A stretch of 64,000 bases of DNA from Camelus dromedarius (lineage: Eukaryota), in assembly GCF_036321535.1 (NCBI RefSeq), contig NC_087436.1, positions 106,084,001 through 106,148,000 of the forward strand, read 5' to 3'. Shown here piece by piece: positions 12,251 to 26,290 of this stretch; within the stretch, counting starts at the first letter, position 1; each line of letters starts with the position of its first letter. The translations under genes and the position numbers were made by a program. The notes beneath the pieces were generated by a model that saw only the letters and a program-made list of their open reading frames with translations, searched no databases and was not told the DNA's origin.

Positions 12251-15200
12251 TGACTTCTACCCTTAACTGAATGATCTTCCTGGGTCATGCTGTCCTCCTC
12301 TGGAAAATGACAGCCTGGATGACACAATCTATCAGGCCCCTTCCAACTCTGAAATCAGTGATCTGAGCATAATTTTGTGGTGTTTCATATCTGATGTGAC
12401 TCCCCCTCCGTATTTTTAAAACATTTTCATTCTCTGACGAATAGAGAAAATAGTAACATGAAGTGGATAGAGAGAGGAGAAAAGAGGAATTTTAAGAGCA
12501 TCAGTTAGGAATGGATGAAGGAGTGGGTATCATATGACAAGTAGCTAAATTGACCATTACGGGTATTGAACTCCATTTGGTGTGTAATAGTAGGTGAGCA
12601 CTTGGCTGGATGAAACTCACATCTATATATCAGCTTTCCCCAAAAACCATCTCAATTAATGAGCACTGGATGAGGAATGGAGATTTGGCTCGACAGAGAT
12701 AACGGTAGAAAATATGAGAAATATAAGTATAATACTGTAATTAAAGGAAAACCGATGTGACTTATGGCCTCCAGCTCAATTCCTTTTTCTTTTCCTGTTA
12801 AGTAGCATAAAGCAAGAACCATTATCGAAAGTAGAAAGAGGAAGCAACATTTCTTTAAGTCTAAAAAAAATTCTAAACTTGGGATTTCTTTTGATGGGGA
12901 AACAATAAAGTGTTAGATAATTCTGAGGTTCTCACTGCAAGAAAACAGTAATTGTATTTTGTATTTTATTATAATAATAGGCTCCCGGCTAAATGCACAA
13001 ATCTAATAAAACTGGAATACCAAGCTACAATGGGCCTCATGAATTGGAAATGGAGCGAATTTAAATGTTTCTGGCACCTGCCACCCAGTTCCCCAATAAT
13101 AAGATCTATAATTTCCTGATAAAGGTGTGCACAGCTCTTGTGAATTTAGGTCTATAGAAGGGCCAAAATCTGTCTCAGTGTTCACGTTAATTTCTCACTG
13201 GCCTTGTCAGGCCTGCTCTGTCGTGGCAAACCCTTTTGCCATTTAAAAGCATTGAAAGTACTGAGATTTTGTGACTTTTAAAGGGATTTTTGAACATATA
13301 ATTAGCTGTACAGGACCAGAAAATGGTGAGTCATCCTGAGCTATTTAAGAATGTTTCAAAAGCCCTGGGTATCACTTATATACATTTAAAGAACACTGTG
13401 TATTTGCAAAAGGGAGCTGAAATGTTACTATCTGTTAGGCTTGGGGCACAGTGGAAGAAAGATGTTTCTTTGATCTGAGTGCCTGCCCTGAAAGTTTCAT
13501 GTAAATTTCCCTAGTGCAAGTTACCACTGTAACTAGAGGTCAGTGTGGACCTGGTAAGTCGGATAAGAGAGTGGGATTTCATTTCTTTGCTTAGGCTTTT
13601 GGTCCTGACGAGGCCTCTAGGCTAAAAGCAGATGTTAACTGGGCTTCGCACACCGCATTTCCATGTACAACTCAGGGTACTGCATGTGGTTCTTGGAAAC
13701 CCCCCTTCCTCTTAAAAAAAAAAAGGGTGTTATCATCGGTGGGCAGTTGTACCCCATTTTATGACTATACTAGTGCCAAATCCACAGGGAATACGTGGTG
13801 AAACCCATCAGGATGCCTTCGTCCTTTAGATGTATCTTGTTTACCTCCCCCAGACTCACACGGCACCCCGTGGGGGGCTGCTGACGGTATGATCCAGGAG
13901 TCTGGGAACCACAGCCTCGTGATAAGCTTCCACATGCATGACGGAGGCTTCACCCCCCCAGAAACCTAGGTTAACTACGAGAAACCAGTGGTAGGTATAC
14001 CTCATGGTTCTCTTCTCCTGCTGTATTCAGCCATAGGCCCCTGACACAGCCAGGGCTTTGTTCCTTTCTGCTAAGACTGAACCTTTAAATGTAGATGGTA
14101 ACTTCATTGCTAGCGGTGAGAGTTTGAGGTACTTACTGCATACAGTACCAGGATGAGGGAAAACTCCCTCTGAAAAACTTCGCTGTTTCCTCCCTGTGTC
14201 CCCCACCTCCTCCCATAACCCTTTCTGCTCTCCCTTCTGGTTTGGAAAACGCAGTTAGATCGAGCTGAGTCACCTGCCTCTGATCACTTCCTTATCAGCT
14301 GCGGATGAGTCTACCTTGACTTTGCCCCCGGTCTCATTTAATTAGATATAAGCTTACCTCAAAGTCAATTCATTCTGTTTCTTAACATTGACCGCAGTTT
14401 CTCTTTTGGCGAACTCCTTGCCTCTCCCTGTGATTGAAGCAGTGGAGGTTGATAATTCATTTTGTTCCGCCATTATTGATTTGGTGGCTCTGGTCCAAAA
14501 TTTGAAAATTTCTCTCCAGGTTGTTCTTGCCCTTGGTATTTACAAAGACATTGCATAAAATGAAGGGTGTAGGTCAGAGATAGAAGCATCGGTGCTACTT
14601 TAGGGTATGAGGGTCCACTTTCAATTGTGAAAGAGGCTTATTGTTAATTACAGAGATTTCCAAGGGCATCACACACCTCTCATGCGGTGGCTGGGGAAAA
14701 AAAATCCTCCTTACAAATGCTTTCTAAACTGAGAATGGATTTGAAAGACCATTGTCTGCCCTGGCTCAGAAATTATTCCCCCATAAAGGACTTGTGTAAA
14801 GGTTTTCAAGATACCTTTATGTGAAAGATAAACTATATTAAGGGCCCAAGAGCTTCTGCTCACCACATTTTTACTGAAGGTTTCCCTTCTCGATTCTTAT
14901 AAATGTTAGTTTCACCGAAGAGTTTCTTAAAGTCACCGCCTCCTTTGGATTAAGAATTCTGAAGCCGAAAGTGGATGCTTCTCTGACATCCTTTCTTTTT
15001 ATTCTGGGTACTTGGTGGATGTCAAGTGGCCAGGGGAGTTTTTCTTGATGGATCATAATGAGGTTATTGATGGGCTCTTGGATTGCCTTAAAAAATCTCC
15101 CGTAAGTGAGCATTGCAGAAACCCCGGGAACCAAGAATTTGTTCTGTGTAGGCTTACATTTTTTCATGATTCCTCTAGCATGTGATGTTTTATTTTCATG

Positions 15201-16491
15201 TTGCAACTAGTTATAATAAAGGCCTGTCCTTAAAAAACAGAAAAAGAAAAAAGAAAAAAACCCTAATCTTTCTTTGTTTCATTTTCTCCAATTAGTATGG
15301 CAAACTGCGTCAGTGACCCCCAGGGTCTATTTATTGGATTATATGAAAAAGCAGTGGAAATGAACAGAATGCATTATTTTCCTCAGGTTACTTTACTTTC
15401 ATATGAAGATGGACCCTTTGAATGAGCTCATAACCACAGGAGTGTGTGAGCGTTTTACTTTCTTCTCTGATTTTCCTAAAGGCAAAGACAAAACCCGTGG
15501 CATTGTCTTACATCTTTAGAAAACTGTTTGTGGATGCCTTCCAGAGACACTTATTCTAAATAAAGCTGAATTCTTCTCTCTACTCCTTTCCACCTAATTT
15601 GATATCATGGGTCTCTATAAATAAAACAAGCCTGTAATGCCAGTTTATCATTGGCTTGGAGATCAACTCAGCCTTGACCTCATGCCTGTAATGAACTCAG
15701 TTTCCTACAATCGGATGGTGAAATCATAACCCCAAAAAGTATTTTCCTGAAGCAAGATAGAAAACCTGAAGATGAAACCATCACGTAAGGACTTTGAAAA
15801 TGTTTCCCTTCTGTCAGTCACGACTGTTATAAAACAGGTAGCGCAAAGATGTTTATAAGCCTGTCTGGCTGTCAGCTACCAAAGGATCCAGCCAAAATCG
15901 GGGAAAACTCTTACTGTGTTAAGTATCCTGGCTCCATGCAGCAAAATCCACATCTGCCCCTTGTGCTTTCATTTCAATAAGCCCTCTAGAGTCTTAATTA
16001 CCATGTGGGCTAGTTATGCAGCCCGAGTTCTAAATCGCACTAGGTTTGCACAGCACGTCTCTCCTTCCCCTCTTCCTCTCGTTGGCATTATTGTATTGGT
16101 TTTCCCGACCCTGTCAGGCTGAGATTTAAATCCTTAACCTGACATTCATTGTGTTCTGTGTATCAGCCTTTCCTGCCTTTCTGAATTACGTGCCCAATAA
16201 AGTTCTCATTTCTGTCATAGGTCAGGACTTGGTCTTTTATAAATTCTGAGGCTGGGGCCATTGAAATTCTGTTTTTGATTTTATCCTGCCTCTTCAAATT
16301 ATTTGCCTTGTAAGCGCTTTAACTTTTTGGTCTTTTGCCCCAGCTTCTTAGGCTATTAATTTTTTTTTTTTTAACCTGTGTGACCATTGAAGCAAATTTA
16401 TGGAAAATCTCACTGACAATGAGGTGGCTTCATTCGGGAGAGAGGAGAGAAATATTTGGAAGGTCTTCAAATGGGAGTATTTGCCAAACCT

Positions 16492-16528
16492 TGTGTGTGT
16501 GTGTGTGTGTGAGAGTGTGAGTGTGTGT
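16492..16528. repeat. (TG)n/(TGAG) microsatellite
   Basis: tgtgtgtgtgtgtgtgtgtgagagtgtgagtgtgtgt. Confidence 0.9.
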
Positions 16529-19489
16529 CCTCACTGCAGGTCACCGAGGGAGTCTCCACCTATCAGAGCCTGTTGAGTTTGGCACATGATCTATGCATTT
16601 CCTCCAGTCACTTCTTTGGGTGTTTGGTTGCAGTTTCACTGGGACTATTGGGACAATGTGTGTGGTTCCTCTGAATCCAGCAGAGAGAAAGAAGGATGGG
16701 GGGGGGCATGGGGGATGGAGAGAGAGAGAGGAGGTGCTCTTTTGTACAGTGTGTATGTGAAAGACTTACGATACAGGAATAGGACAACATTTCACATCAT
16801 ATCTGCTTGGTTATTAGATGACTTGTCAGAATATTTGTTTGTTTGTTTTGTATTGGAGAGGAATTCTCCAGTCTCATCTTATTTGTGCCTCTGAGTGAGA
16901 CTCTTTGGGCTGTTGCTACAAAATTCCAAAGATACACCCAAAGATACACTGGAGTGGAGACATGTTGTTTCCAGGCTGGCCTCAAGGCACTATGAAAAAG
17001 CTGACAATGTGGGATTCTTCAGCCCCAGGGCACATCTGTGCAGCCTTGAGGCACAGTTTGTGGGCATGCTAGCCACCCCTGGCCATTCTCAGTGAACTTC
17101 TGCCTGCCCTCCTGCCCTGGACCCCTGCCGCCCCATCTCTGCATCACACTTACCTGTCTTTGACCACTGTCCTTGAAGATCTGCTTTCTGCCAACTATGT
17201 TCATAAACACATCCATGTAAAATCAGATCCGACTAATCACTCACTCTATTATCCCTTCTAGATAAAATATTTGTATTTTAACAGAATCCTTCTAGAGACA
17301 AGGTCCTAAGTCAAAAAGATGATGTGTGTGGTAGGAATTTCATTTGTTCCTGTGGGGGTTCCCTAGTCAAGCCCAGCTGAAAGCCACCTTCTCTGTCCTC
17401 ACGTGAGAACGAAACCAATTCTACTTGAAGTAGCAGCAAGTCTTTGTGAATTTTTAAAGAAAGTGTATTTCTGTATTATGTGTGTGTGTGTGATGTATAC
17501 ACATACAGTTTTTTTCCTGAGTGAATAGTTCATTGATCCCAGCAGCTGCTGAATTTTTATATGCCATTTATGATTGTTCCTGTGATATAGTGAAATATTC
17601 AAGGCACATTTGATCAGTGTTTCTTAAAAAGGTCAAATACTTCCAGATAGCTTTAATCCACAGACATCCCAAGATGTTCCCTGCCAGTCCAAAGGGAGTC
17701 GGACAGGTGTGTATAACTAATGGAGTCACAAATTGGAGGCTGGCAAAGTAGTGACAGAAGAATTTAAGCAAACCTGGTTCTGCATCAGTAGTTCTTCTGA
17801 CCCGAGATCTCTCAGAGACAGGAACAGTATAATTCTACTAGGTCACTTCACTTGTACAAATCGTCGGCTGTGATTCTGTTCCAGGATTTTTTTTTGTGAT
17901 TCCCCTCCTCCTCTCCAGGAAGTAAAGAACGGACTATGATAATGGTAGCAGTTGGTCAGCTACAGCCTAATTCAGTCATGTCACATGTTGAACTGTCTGA
18001 TAATTTCATTGTCACACTGAAAGACAGATTGAGACATATTTCAAAAAAGTGTTTTGTGGTGACCTGAAAGGTTATGTATTTGAAGATGGCCACAGAAAAG
18101 CAGACAGGGTATACCATTTTGTGTGAATTTGAAAAGTTTTTCTCTTAAATTGAGGGGAAAACAGGGGGAAAAAAATGACCAAATGCAGGGCTATTTTCCT
18201 TGCCAGAATAGTTGTTACTTTTTTTTTCCCCTCTAGAAAATAAATAGGTTACTATCTAGGTCTTTGTGTTTCTCTTCCTCAACTTTATTGTATGTCTTGT
18301 CAGTTTCACTCTGGCAGTATTATATTTGACAAGAAAAGGACTGGATTTTGAGTTGGCAAAAAATAAAAAAACAAAAAGCACATGTCCCAAATACCCAAAT
18401 AATGTTCAGTGGCACCCTCATTCTTTGTGTTCCCAGAAATATGATTTCTTCCTGGGTGGAAGTTTCTGGAAATAGGCATTTGACCTCCCCTACAAGTTGC
18501 TGCTTGGCAGCTAATTGGGGGAGGATTACAGTTCCCTCCCCGGAGGCCTTTGAGCCTGGCTAAAGTCCTCCAACGTGAGCTCCCTCCTAAGATTTCTGGA
18601 ATTGAACCCTTTGGGATGTGCCACTCTGGGAGGTGTGGCAAATCCTCTGTACTGAGAACCCTTAAGAAAGAGACCCGACTGGACTGGAGAAGGCCTTACA
18701 TCTCTTTGAAATGTTGATTATCAGGGTTCTGGATGGCCCGGAATTTTCAGTGGAATTTATAGGTCAAGATTCCAAGAGATATGACGGGTAGGAAAATAAA
18801 GTTGCCACCCTGGTGTCACAAAATGAGTGAATGGCAGAACTGGCTTTTCAGCCCGAGGCTTGGATCCAGACCACCTGGCACCTGCCTCATTTCATTAGCA
18901 CAGCCCATAGCTGCAGAGGGGGTTTTGGTTGTGGAGTGTCAGAACCAGAGACTAAGGACACAGGCACATGCTGAGTCAGATGGGCACTCAGGATTTGGGC
19001 TGTGGACTTTGGACTTTCTCTTGGATGCACCATGGAGCCTTTTTTCCCCTACAACTGCTCGCCTATGTCTTACTTTGGATCATTTGCTGTTTGTTCTGTG
19101 TTCCTTTTCCATATCTGATGAGAACCTTCTAATTATAAAGTTGCAGTGACATCATTCCTGGCCAAACAATAAAACCTTTTCTTCTTTTCTATAAATTTGA
19201 TCATCTGCCTGGTTCCTTAGCCTCCTGTGCCTCTCTCCCCAAGAGGTATAGTCCTTTCTCATCGCTCCTTCCCCACATTTCTATACCATATTTTGAAATC
19301 TGTCCTGAGCTAATTTTACTTGACAAGTGCAGTTTGGCAATTTTCTTTGTCAGTTTAACCACATTTATGTCAAGACAGTGAGATGTAAGTGGTCCTCTTT
19401 GCTTTCTTCTACTTTTAGATCTTTCCTAACTTCTACCTTGAGTTCCCTCTCTCTTCTCACACTACCCAGAGTCGTTCTACTCTGGAACC

Positions 19490-19980
19490 TGCTGACTGAA
19501 ATAAATGCCCAGCCTAAAAGTTGAGAGTTATGTTTTATTTGGTGGACATTTCTGAGGACTCGAACCCCTTTGAGCCCAGGATGACAGCCTCTCAGATTGC
19601 TCTGAGGGACTGCTCCGAAGAGGTAGGGGAAGAGCTAGGATTATAGGAATTTTACAACAAAGACCAGGTAGTTGGAACAATAAAAGATTACTTGTTATCT
19701 AAAGAAAACCAGGCATCTCAAGTTAAAGACTTTAGTGCTTTTCTATGCATGAGTGGAAGCAAACATTTGGGCTCATTGAATTCATTCCTTTGACAAGCCC
19801 CTAGCTAACTAGGGCCAGTATCCTGTCTTTCTTATTCTGAGTCCCCTCAGGGTGCACCATTGTGAGTGGCTGCAGAGGCCGGGCTGCAGGCTTGTCTTCA
19901 CTGGGGGGTGGCGGCAGCAGCTGATGACTGATGGCTTCAGCATTCTTTGTTTACTGATAAGGTTTGCAGTATTTTTCACA
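19490..19980 (-). mobile_element. Complete ERV1 solo LTR (MER41-like, artiodactyl/camelid)
   Basis: TG...CA termini, 491 bp, perfect 4-bp TSD AACC (19486-19489 and 19981-19984), minus-strand AATAAA near 19534-19539; internal gttgagagttatgttttattt...cagcctctcagattgctctgagggactgctccgaagagg resembles MER41-type LTRs. Confidence 0.88.
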
Positions 19981-20815
19981 AACCCATTCTCCTGTTCTGT
20001 GTTCTCTTGGGTTCCTCATAGTTCAAATTAGAGATCAAATCCTGGGACAAAGAGAGGTGCTGTATGAAGTGGGTCCCAGGGTACCAGATAAAGATTAAGA
20101 AAGAGTGTGTTCTGTTCACTGCTCCACTAGTAAACAGCTGACAACCTTAGGTAAAAGAATTTATATCTTTTGTCCTTGCATCCTTTGTCTTTAAAATGAA
20201 GCAGCCTATAAAATGGGAGCTGACTCCCCTTAGACTTGGTCTCAGATCCTTGTCCCGCCCATACTTCTCCCCAGAAGGAAAAGTTAGAGGACCAAGAGAG
20301 AAGTCCCTGAAGTGGGGACTTTTATTGTTTTGGGTTCATTTCACAGGCAGGTTGGAGATTTGAAGATGATCCTTTTCACCTCCCAAATGTGTGCTAGTTT
20401 AAATACCAGCGATTGGTTATACACATGTGCTCAGGCAAGAATGACTAAGGATGATAAGATTGGAATGTGTTGCTCAGAGCAGCACTGCAATCAATAGGAT
20501 TGCAATGGTAATAACACCAATACATAGTTAAAGAGATGTAAATTGCGCTTCATTTGAAAGCAAGTTAGAACCACAATGGAGCAAGCTGGGATGAGGAGCC
20601 CAGCCTGGGTACCAAAGAGTGGGAATGCACTTTGATGCTGGTGCTGGGACTCTGGGATTCTGGTCTGCATTTCCCAAAATACCTTCAGCGACCATGTTGT
20701 GCCCTGCGAAGGAAGAGGAGCTCCAAAGCCCAGGAGGCATCCAGTGAACAGAAAGCCTTTCTTCCCATCATCCACATCAAATGTTTAAAGGAAGATTTCT
20801 CCTGAGGGGCTATAC

Positions 20816-20993
20816 CAGTGGGTCTTACCCAGGCTGCACATTAGAATCACCTAGAGAACTTTTAAAAGTCCACAGAGCCAGGTGCCATCCCTAACCAATT
20901 AAGTCTGATTTTCTGGGCGTGGGATTTAGGTTGTCATTATTTTTAAAAGCTTTTCAGATTATTTCAACGTGCAGCCAAGGTTGAGAACCACTA
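20816..20993. mobile_element. MER5B-like hAT MITE
   Basis: cagtgggtct...ggctgcacattagaatcacctagagaacttttaaaa...gtgcagccaaggttgagaaccacta. Confidence 0.85.
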
Positions 20994-20999
20994 GTGATA

Positions 21000-21150
21000 G
21001 ACCTTGCTCCTCCAGGAGTGGGAATGAATACCTTGGGGTGCTTATAAAAGACAGTTACTGACTCAGAATCCCAGAGGCTGGAGCCTGGGCATCTGCATTT
21101 TAAGCCAATTCCCCAGGTGACCCTCACGACAGCGGGAGTTGAAAGGGGAA
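21000..21150. mobile_element. MER5A-like hAT MITE fragment
   Basis: tactgactcagaatcccagaggctggagcctgggcatctgcattttaagccaattccccaggtga. Confidence 0.75.
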
Positions 21151-21994
21151 TCCGCTAGCAAACAAATGAACTTTGCCGATAAATTTCTACTTTTGATGAC
21201 ATGAATAATTATGATCCTAATTGGTTAGTGATAATAGTGTCATGTGCAGCTTAAGCATGAAATCAAAGACCGGGGCTGATCTTCCTTGTTGGGGACTTTT
21301 GAGCAGTCATATCTTTATTCCTTCTCGGGGTTTTAAATAAACTGAAACATAAAGCGGTCACAATGGAGACCATCTTTATTTCCTCTGGAGCTGGTACTAG
21401 GCTTGGCCGAGAGAGGCAAATGGCCCGTCACTATAACCCGGGATGAGGTGGATTTATCCATCTGGTCCCCACCCCTCTAGCACCTGCTGGAATACCCTGG
21501 AATGCCAGCTTCCCAAGGGTAGCTCATGGCCAGGATAAGAAGCGAGGAGCTGAGCTCAACGTACTCACCTCCTCTTCCCAAATTCAAGTCAGTGGCTTAT
21601 TCCACTGTCCCATTGTGGTGGGATGGAGGAAGGCAGCTGTTTCCTAGGGAAATCTTTCCTGCATGGAAACTGGGAGAAAAGAAAAGGTGTTTATCTCTCA
21701 TTAGGCAATCTATAAACTATTTTTTGCCTCCCTCACCATTTGTGCTTCCATGGTTTAGATGCTCACTGTTCTCTCTGGAATCGGCCCTCAGATGTTTTGT
21801 TCATGTCCAATTTTCTCTCCCAGGTACAGAGGATCCTGGAGTGTTAGAACCGGGCTGGGGTTTAGAGGTCTGGAGCCTGAGCTGAGGTTGAAAGGGAGGT
21901 GATGCTGAGTTCTCTTCCATCACTGGAGTAACATTAAAAGCCTTTAAGTACCTAGTGATCTCTGTTCTGATGACTGGACCATGGCTGATAGAGT

Positions 21995-22175
21995 TCTACA
22001 TTTATCACCTTATTTAATCTTCCCAGCCACCCAGAAATCTTTGCCTTATCTTATATCCATTTTACAGATGAGTCCAAAGAGATGTGGTAAAGTTAAGTAA
22101 TTTTCCCAAGGTTATAATTCTAGAAGTGCGGGAACCAAAAATTTAAATCCAGTACTGATTGGATACAAAAATGTG
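21995..22175 (-). mobile_element. MIR SINE
   Basis: ttatttaatcttcccagccaccc...tatccattttacagatgag...aagttaagtaattttcccaaggt. Confidence 0.75.
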
Positions 22176-22364
22176 GTTTTCCCATTGTTTCATGTTCCAC
22201 TCCCTGCGCTGAATAAAGAGCCAAGATAGGGATTTTCTCTTTTTGCGAAAGATGCCATAAGAAGTTCCACTCTGAGAAGGTATGGGAGGGTGACCGAGCA
22301 CATCTGTTCCCTGCACACATCTCTAAACTCCTGCCCTTGTGCATTTCACTGTCGATAAACATCA

Positions 22365-22570
22365 CACAGTCATAGACCTTAGAGCTGGAAGGGCCTGAGC
22401 CAGATCATCTGGCCCGGCATCCTGCCTTCTGGCAGGCAACCGCTAATTATCTTTATTTTTCCAAATGAGCTGCTGAGCACTGGGAGGTTGTGTGACTTGC
22501 CCAAGATGACACAGCACGTAAGTGATAGCTCAGGCCAGGGCCCCGGGACTTCCAGGGGTGACTTCAGCTC
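22365..22570 (-). mobile_element. MIR3/MIR SINE
   Basis: ttagagctggaagggcctgagccagatcatctggccc...gaggttgtgtgacttgcccaagatgacacagc. Confidence 0.7.
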
Positions 22571-23449
22571 TCTCCAAACACAGAGGCAAGGAAATCAACT
22601 CAGAGGGAAAGGCTGGGAGACAGTTTTCCTGGAATGAGTCCAGTGGAGCTAATTCTTTGCTTTGCATCAGCCTTTCTCCCTACCTCTGAGGGCAAGGGTG
22701 GGGAAAGCTGCTGTCTGGGGCGCTCCCCGCCTGGTCTACCCTCCCTCTGTCCACGTCATCCTAATCCTCCTTATTCACGGTGAACCACCTTCCGCAGCCT
22801 GCCTAAGTCTGGAGTGCAGAGGAAGGACCTGGAACAATTCCTATTCCACAGCAAACGAGTATTAAGGAGACCCAGGCTGGGTTGACAGCGTGTGACACAG
22901 AAGAGGCTGAGTGCCTCGGCGGCCCTGCTGCCGAATTTCCAATTTCCGACCATCCCACAGCCCGGACGGAATGAGCACATTTTAGACAAACGTGCAGAAA
23001 ATCATCTTGTCACTGGTATTTACAGTGTCAGACAATGGCAGAGAGGACACAGGCTCTCTGTTCCGCAGGCGTGATGAGAGTGGGGCTGGGGGGGAATCTC
23101 GGACCCCCACAGACAGGAGGAGACGGGTGAGAGACCCCCGTCAGCACCAGCTCAGAACCAGCGCTCCCCTCCCTCCCTCTTTCTCTGCCCTGTTTTAGAG
23201 GCTGTTTCCATCTCTTCACCTTCCTCTCTTTCATTTTATTATTAGCATTATTATTTTTACCTTTCTCTCTTTTTTCTTTTTGTCCTTTTCTCAGTTTTCA
23301 TTTTTCTGTTCTTTGAGCAGCTGTTCAGCTGTTGGTTCACCCTAAACACCCATTGACTGGACCACTCATATCTCATCATTTTGTGAACTTAAGATGTGCC
23401 CGGAGTGGACTCTTGACCTTCTCCATCCAAACCTACTCCTCTCTCTGCT

Positions 23450-24310
23450 TGTCCCTTCTTAGTGCATGGAAGCCCCAGTTTCCATTTGTTCTGACCCAAA
23501 AGCCTGGGGTCACCCTTGACCTCTCTCTTTCTGTCACACACCATATTCAATCCATTTGCCAACCTTGTGGGACCCGTCTTTAAAATATTCCCAGAATCCA
23601 ATCACTTTTTAGTGTATTTCAGTCATTATCTTGGTCCAAGTCTCTTAGCTGGGTTATTAAAATAGGCTTCAAACTCACCTCTCTCCTTCTTTCTTTTCTC
23701 CTATGGACTATTCTCAACACAGCAATCCTGTTAAACTTGGCCAGATCATGCCCTCCTTCTGCTCCAGACTCTTCATGGACTCCGTCCTTCACTCAGGGTA
23801 AAAGCTTTGGTTGTCAGATGGTCTCTGAGGCCCCAAAACCTCTTCACTTCCCTCTCTGAGCTCATCACTGCTCCATCCACACTGACCACCTTTGATAATC
23901 ATTGAACATGTTTTATACACCCCACCTTAGGGCCTTTGCTTGTGCCATTTCTTCTCCCTTCCTTAGATATCCATATGGCTCACACTTATAGCTCCTTCAA
24001 GGCTTTTCTCCAATGTTATCATCTCAGTGAAGTCTTCCCTGAACACTCCACTGTCATCCACCTGGACTCTTGCCTTTCCTCCATAGTCCGCATCATGACC
24101 TAATGTTTTGTGTTCTTTACAGATTTGTTTATTACAGTCAGTCTTGTCGACCCACCCTTCCACCTTGCCCCATCCCCACCAGAAAGTTCAGCTCCTTGAG
24201 GGCATGGATGTTTGTCTGTTTTGTTCAATGCTTGGTCTCCCTTGCCTAGATAATTGCTGCCTAACAGATGCTTCATAAATATTTGTTAAATGAATGAGTG
24301 AATAAGTGAT
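23450..24310 (+). mobile_element. L2 LINE 3' portion (L2a-like)
   Basis: aaagcctggggtcacccttgacctctctctt...cacaccatattcaatcc...cagatcatgccctccttctgctcc...cttagggcctttgct...cagctccttgagggcatgga...aaatatttgttaaatgaatgagtgaa. Confidence 0.88.
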
Positions 24311-24919
24311 TTAGTGAATTATTGATCAACTACTATGGGCCAGGCACGGTGTTAGCACTGAGGCATATATAAGCCATTCACTCACTTACTAAATCCCTTT
24401 AATAAAGGCTTGGTGAGGACTTACATGACATGTCTTGAAGGATGTTCTAGTACCCTCTCTTTTTTTCTTGCTAACTTACTTCTCCTTCCAGGGCTCTCTT
24501 TTTCCTGCCTCCACATCAACCTACCAACATCTTTTTCATTTTCCAGCATGAGTTCTGTTCCCTACTGCCTGATCTTCATTCTCTGCCTCTTTCTATGGAA
24601 CCCAACTCTCTCTGGTCCGATGTGGTGGTGGGTGTGCAGTCTGAACAGGTTCCATAATCTACCTCAGGGGTTTGGTTTCAGGCTTCCTGCCAACCCACTG
24701 CAGCTTGCACGGGTGGAAATCCTCAGGGATCACACCAGTGTTCTTCTCCTCAACCTGCCCCTGCACAACTTCTGCTAGAATAGAAGGAGGAGATAAGGAT
24801 GAAAAACCCTTTAAGTTTCTGTTTCTACAGTGAACAGGGCATTTAGGTGGCTGTTACTCCTGCCTTATTTATGATATTTCTGCTCAGAATTTCATAGAAA
24901 GTGAATGTCAGTGAAGGCA

Positions 24920-25700
24920 TATTTCTTTCTTAAAAAATAAAGAAGAAATGTTAACACATGCATAATATCACTGTAACATTAATGCAACTCTAAGTGAAAG
25001 AAAGAAAAATACAGTAGTATTCTGGTATATCCACCTGCATTTGTCTACTTGCATTCTACTCCAGCTCCCAATCAGACAAAATTTAATGGGGTTGTATTTG
25101 ATATTGTCATGTTTTTACACCACCTCTGTAGTTACTATTTTTAATGACTGCAGACTACTGCATTTTCTTGATCATAAGATGCTACTGATTTTAAGATGCA
25201 CCATTGCTTTCATAACAGCTTCTCAAAGAAGAAAAGAAATATTCCCACTTTAAATGTATATAATAGATGTAAGAGCAGTCTAATTTCAGAAATGTTGAAA
25301 ATTTACCAAAAAGGATCTTAAAATTGAGAAAAATAAAATAGTTGGAAGTACGTATATTTCTTTTACATTTACATTTACTTTATATTCATATTTACATAAT
25401 TTACTACAAGTAACCCTGCTGTGAAAGTCTTTGTGCCTGTAGCTTTTACCTTTTGAGTTGTTTCCTTGGTATAAATTCATTGGGACATACACAGACATTT
25501 TAAAGCTTTTGAAACATATTGTTGTGATGTTTTTCAAAAGGGTTAATACATTTTAGCCTGTTACCCAAAATATGTGCTTGAGTATCTGTGCAACTCTACC
25601 AGCATTAAGTTTTATCAGTTTTTGTTTGGTTTTGTTTCTTGCTAATTTTATATGTATAACCAGTTTATATTTGCATTGTTCTGATTATTTGGAAGGTAGT
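24920..25700 (-). mobile_element. Ancient L1M (L1ME/L1MC-like) 3' fragments
   Basis: tactacaagtaaccctgctgtgaaagtctttgtgc...tttccttggtataaattc...tttcaaaagggttaatacattt...ttgctaattttatatg...tttgcattgttctgatta. Confidence 0.6.
25158..25338. mobile_element. TcMar-Tigger-like MITE nested in L1M
   Basis: TA-flanked; ctgcattttcttgatcataagatgctactgattttaagatgcaccatt...ctaatttcagaaatgttgaaa...tcttaaaattgagaaaaata. Confidence 0.6.
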
Positions 25701-26074
25701 ATAAGTTCCATTAGCAGCAAATTGAGTGATGTGTCTAAGCTGCTAGGAAAATGTGTTGCTATTGAGGAAGTGGTATAAGATTATCTTATTAGGTGACAGA
25801 GACTGGAATTTGTTCTTCAAAGTTCTGGTCTTTGGTTGGGATGGAGATTCAATTAACAGAATTATTGAAAAAATCAGTTTTGTTTCCAAGAATACATCTA
25901 ATTAGACTTTTGCCATTCCCTGAGAATCTTTAAAAAAAGGTATTGCAGTCTAACCTTGGAATTTTCAAGAATTTCTCTTGGGATCTTTGACGCTGCTTGT
26001 TTCTATTACAGACTACAGAAGGAAGGATTTGATTTAACCATCTTGCACACATGACAATCGTAGCAACAAACATT

Positions 26075-26290
26075 CGTATATGGCATTTTCCACCTGCTGG
26101 ACAAAGATCCAGTCACTTTGTATACTCATTGAATCCCCACGGTGACCCCAGGAACTAGGTATTATTATTATTCTCATGGATGGATGAGGAAGAGGAAGTT
26201 GAGGCACAGAGAAGTTGATGCATAGAGAAAGTAGAAACACTGGGATATCAAGCCACGCAGTCTGGCTTACAGCCTATTCTGTTAACCACC
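26075..26290 (-). mobile_element. MIR SINE
   Basis: ctcattgaatccccacggtgaccccaggaactaggtattattattattctcat...gaggaagttgaggcacagagaagtt. Confidence 0.75.
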
